Origin: Laetmonice hystrix
Taxonomy: Eukaryota
Assembly (NCBI GenBank): GCA_965235115.1
Contig: OZ249450.1
Coordinates: 15,686,001 to 15,750,000, forward strand
Length of the DNA stretch: 64,000 nt
Direction: 5' to 3'
Shown: piece after piece, positions 61,471 through 64,000 of the stretch
Numbering within the stretch: the stretch's first letter is position 1
Layout of the letters: every line of letters begins with the position of its first letter
Made by a program: the position numbers and the translations under genes
The notes under the pieces: model-generated
What the model saw: only the letters and a program-made list of their open reading frames with translations
What the model was told of the DNA's origin: nothing
Databases searched by the model: none

Positions 61471-62338
61471 AGGGGCATATTATGAGGAAACGTGACAAAT
61501 CGGTATTTTAAAGAACTTTTGCTGTTTTCATAAAGAGATCCTTCATTAAAATTGCTTGGTAAACAAAGACAGACTTATCAGTTTCATTTTGCGTGAGAAA
61601 TCAAAGTTTATGAAGCTCCCTTGCCCGCTTCTCTGCCGATTTACTAAAAATATTTTTTGGGTGGCATTTTGATGCCAGTCGATCGAGTGCAACTGCTGAA
61701 TTGTTTACAACTAAGCGAAGCACGTGACTAAGCACATGCAGAGAGTGCACACACAGGATGTGACACAGTATGCAATTACACGGGTTGATGGGGGGTTGTC
61801 CGCCAAATTATGGCGGGAGATTACTATCGGGAGAAATCTATAGGTTTGGTTGCATAGAACCTACTGGTGCTGCATACGCAGTGAAAACACGTCGGAGGAC
61901 AAAATGCTGTGGTAGGATTATTTGCTTGGATCCCTAGTACACGGTCATCTTGGATAATTGCCGGGAATCCTCCAAAACGTGTTCCATAGCATGCCCCTTT
62001 AATTAGCAAGCGAATATAATTCTGAATATAACTGTATTAACATTGTGCACATAGTACTAGAAAAAATTCCTACCGATACCATTGGCCTGATAAACCTTCT
62101 ATTAGTTTGTGTGCAGCATTTGAAACCTATCTCGGTGCGCACCGAGATAGAGCCATTTCCTATGGTGGGGCGTGCCATGGTCTCCACAGGCGTTCTGAGA
62201 GAGCCACATTTGTGCCGTTATCCATGAAAAATTTTGATTTCCTTTGTTGTGAATCTATTTCCATGATAGGTGGGATCACATAAACGTCAACAAAATTAAA
62301 AATAAAAAAACTGAACTTTTTTTTCACGAATAGCACCT
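61471..62338. mobile_element. Possible Kolobok-like non-autonomous element
   Basis: ttaa|aggggcatattatga ... tcacgaatagcacct|ttaa: TTAA flanks, AGG termini, imperfect TIR. Confidence 0.45.
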
Positions 62339-62544
62339 TTAAACTGAAAATAAGATGCATTTGACTCATGTTATTCCATAGTTACCTGAACATGGCATTT
62401 CCTCCAACACTTTCGTGGGAATGTTTCTACAGCGGCCATCAATTGTAATGAGAGAGATAGAGAGCGAGGAAGAGGGATAGAGAGCGAGAGATCTTACCAA
62501 GGAATAGTCCATTCTTAATTTTTTTTCCTCCACTGGATTCCACG

Positions 62545-63495
62545 TCTTCGAAAACCTATATGAATAGCGGCCATCTTGGCGGCCATCTTGGATTTAGGTG
62601 GGAAAGGAGTGGTCCTACTGTAATTTTTTCTTTCTCCATTAGATTCCACATGCCCCAAAACCTATATCTAGACACCAATATCATCTTCCTAAGTGAATTT
62701 GTTGAGAAGATTATAAGACTTTCAAAATTATACCCGATGGCGGCCATCTTGGCGTCCATCTTGGATTTAGGTAGGAAAAGAGTGGCTCAACTTTAGTTTT
62801 TCTTTCTCCATTAGATTCTACGTGCCCAAAAACCTATATTTAGACACCAAAAGATTCTACGTGCCCAAAAACCTATATTTAGACACCAAAATCATCTTCC
62901 TAAGTTAATTGGTTGCGAAGTTATGGGACTTTTTAAAAATTATCCCTGATGGTGGCCATCTTGGCGGCCATCTTGGATTTACGTAGCAAAGGAGTGGTCC
63001 AACTTCAATTTTTCTTTCTCAATTAGATTCTACATACCCAAAAACCACATCTAGACACCAAAATCATCTTCCTAAGTGAATTGATTGAAAAGTTATAGGA
63101 CTTTTTTTTCAAAATTATCCCCGATTGCGGCCATTTCAGCGGCCATCTTGGATTTAGGTGGGAAAGGAGTGGTCCAACTTCAAATTCTCTCGCTCCATTA
63201 GATTCTACGTACCCAAAAACCTATATCTAGACACCAGAATCATCTTCCTAAGTGAATTGGTTGAGAAGTTATGGGACTTTTTCAAAATTACCCCTGATCG
63301 CGGCCATCTTGGCGGCCATCTTGGATTTAGGTGGGAAAGGAGTGGTCCAACTTTAATTTTTCTTCCTTTATTAGATTCCACATACCCAAAAACCTACATC
63401 TAGACACCAAAATCATCTTCCTAGGTCAATTAGTTGAGAAGTTATAGGACTTTTTCAAAATTATCCGCCATCTTGGCGGCCATCTTGGATTTTTT
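62545..63495 (+). repeat. ~173-bp tandem array (~5.5 units)
   Basis: gccatcttggattt recurs at ~62587, 62760, 62972, 63147, 63320 and 63484; one unit has a 38-bp internal duplication. Confidence 0.85.
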
Positions 63496-63690
63496 AAATT
63501 GCCCAAGGGTGAGAGCTCCACACCCACCTGGAAATTAATATACCCACCCCAGTGATAAATAATCAGCAGAGAAAAAAACTATATCAGAAAAGTCGGGGTA
63601 TAGCCTCACAGCTGCCGGACTAATAAGGATACCTCACCATGGGTTAAGGACGCCGTCCCGATAGCATTTCACCACACGACACCGCAAGCC

Positions 63691-63783
63691 ATGGACGTGA
63701 TTCAATTTGCTTCGCTTTTCGTAGCAATGGTCTTTTGCACTACATTAGCCGTTGGTGTTTCAAATTCGGCAGCCAGGACTTGG
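63691..63783 (+). CDS. First coding exon (signal peptide) of a secreted or membrane protein that continues beyond the window
   Basis: Kozak gccATGg; MDVIQFASLFVAMVFCTTLAVGVSNSAARTW, then donor tgg|gtaagg. Confidence 0.5.
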
Positions 63784-64000
63784 GTAAGGAGAGAAGCGTT
63801 AATCGTTGCCTGGTTTCCCATATAGGGCCTATATGCAGGGACAGACAATCTCTGTCGAACCGTTAACTTTTTTTTGGAATATATATAAATTATATATATA
63901 TAGCATAATCAATTAAGGTAATGTCGGTTCTCGTAAAGTGGCATATAATCTCTCGCAAGCGACTCAGATCTGGGAAAAACGCACGGAGAAAAGAAAAAGA

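Overview
Eukaryotic (marine-invertebrate-like, intron-rich, poly-G/C-rich) genomic DNA; the species cannot be determined from the sequence alone. The window opens with a 333-bp tRNA-derived tandem repeat, followed by an apparently complete 11.5-kb CMC/EnSpm (CACTA-type) DNA transposon at 1277-12769. The element has perfect 19-bp TIRs starting CCCAG, a 2-bp AT target-site duplication, two large subterminal arrays, an intact 734-aa DDE transposase and a spliced second gene. Four multi-exon host genes could be reconstructed by hand with phase-compatible GT-AG junctions. (1) A 15-exon complement factor B/C2-like gene (CCP-EGF-CCP-CCP-vWA-trypsin domain; minus strand) whose protease has lost the catalytic His and Ser but keeps the MIDAS motif and the scissile Arg. 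(2) A BTB-BACK(-PHR-like) gene (plus strand). (3) An 11-exon non-catalytic cholinesterase-like (neuroligin-type) membrane protein gene (minus strand). (4) XRCC5/Ku80 (minus strand). The first exon of a secreted-protein gene lies at the right edge. There are many MITEs, including seven CAG...CTG elements that each have a 5-bp TSD, plus CR1/L2, RTE and Penelope-like fragments. The most unusual signals are the protease-dead factor B and three minisatellites seeded exactly on functional exon boundaries: 13 copies of a splice acceptor plus the first protease codons, 4 copies of the next acceptor, and 10 in-frame copies of the Ku80 terminal DNA-PKcs-binding motif plus its stop codon. All domain names come from motif recognition by eye; no database search was run.
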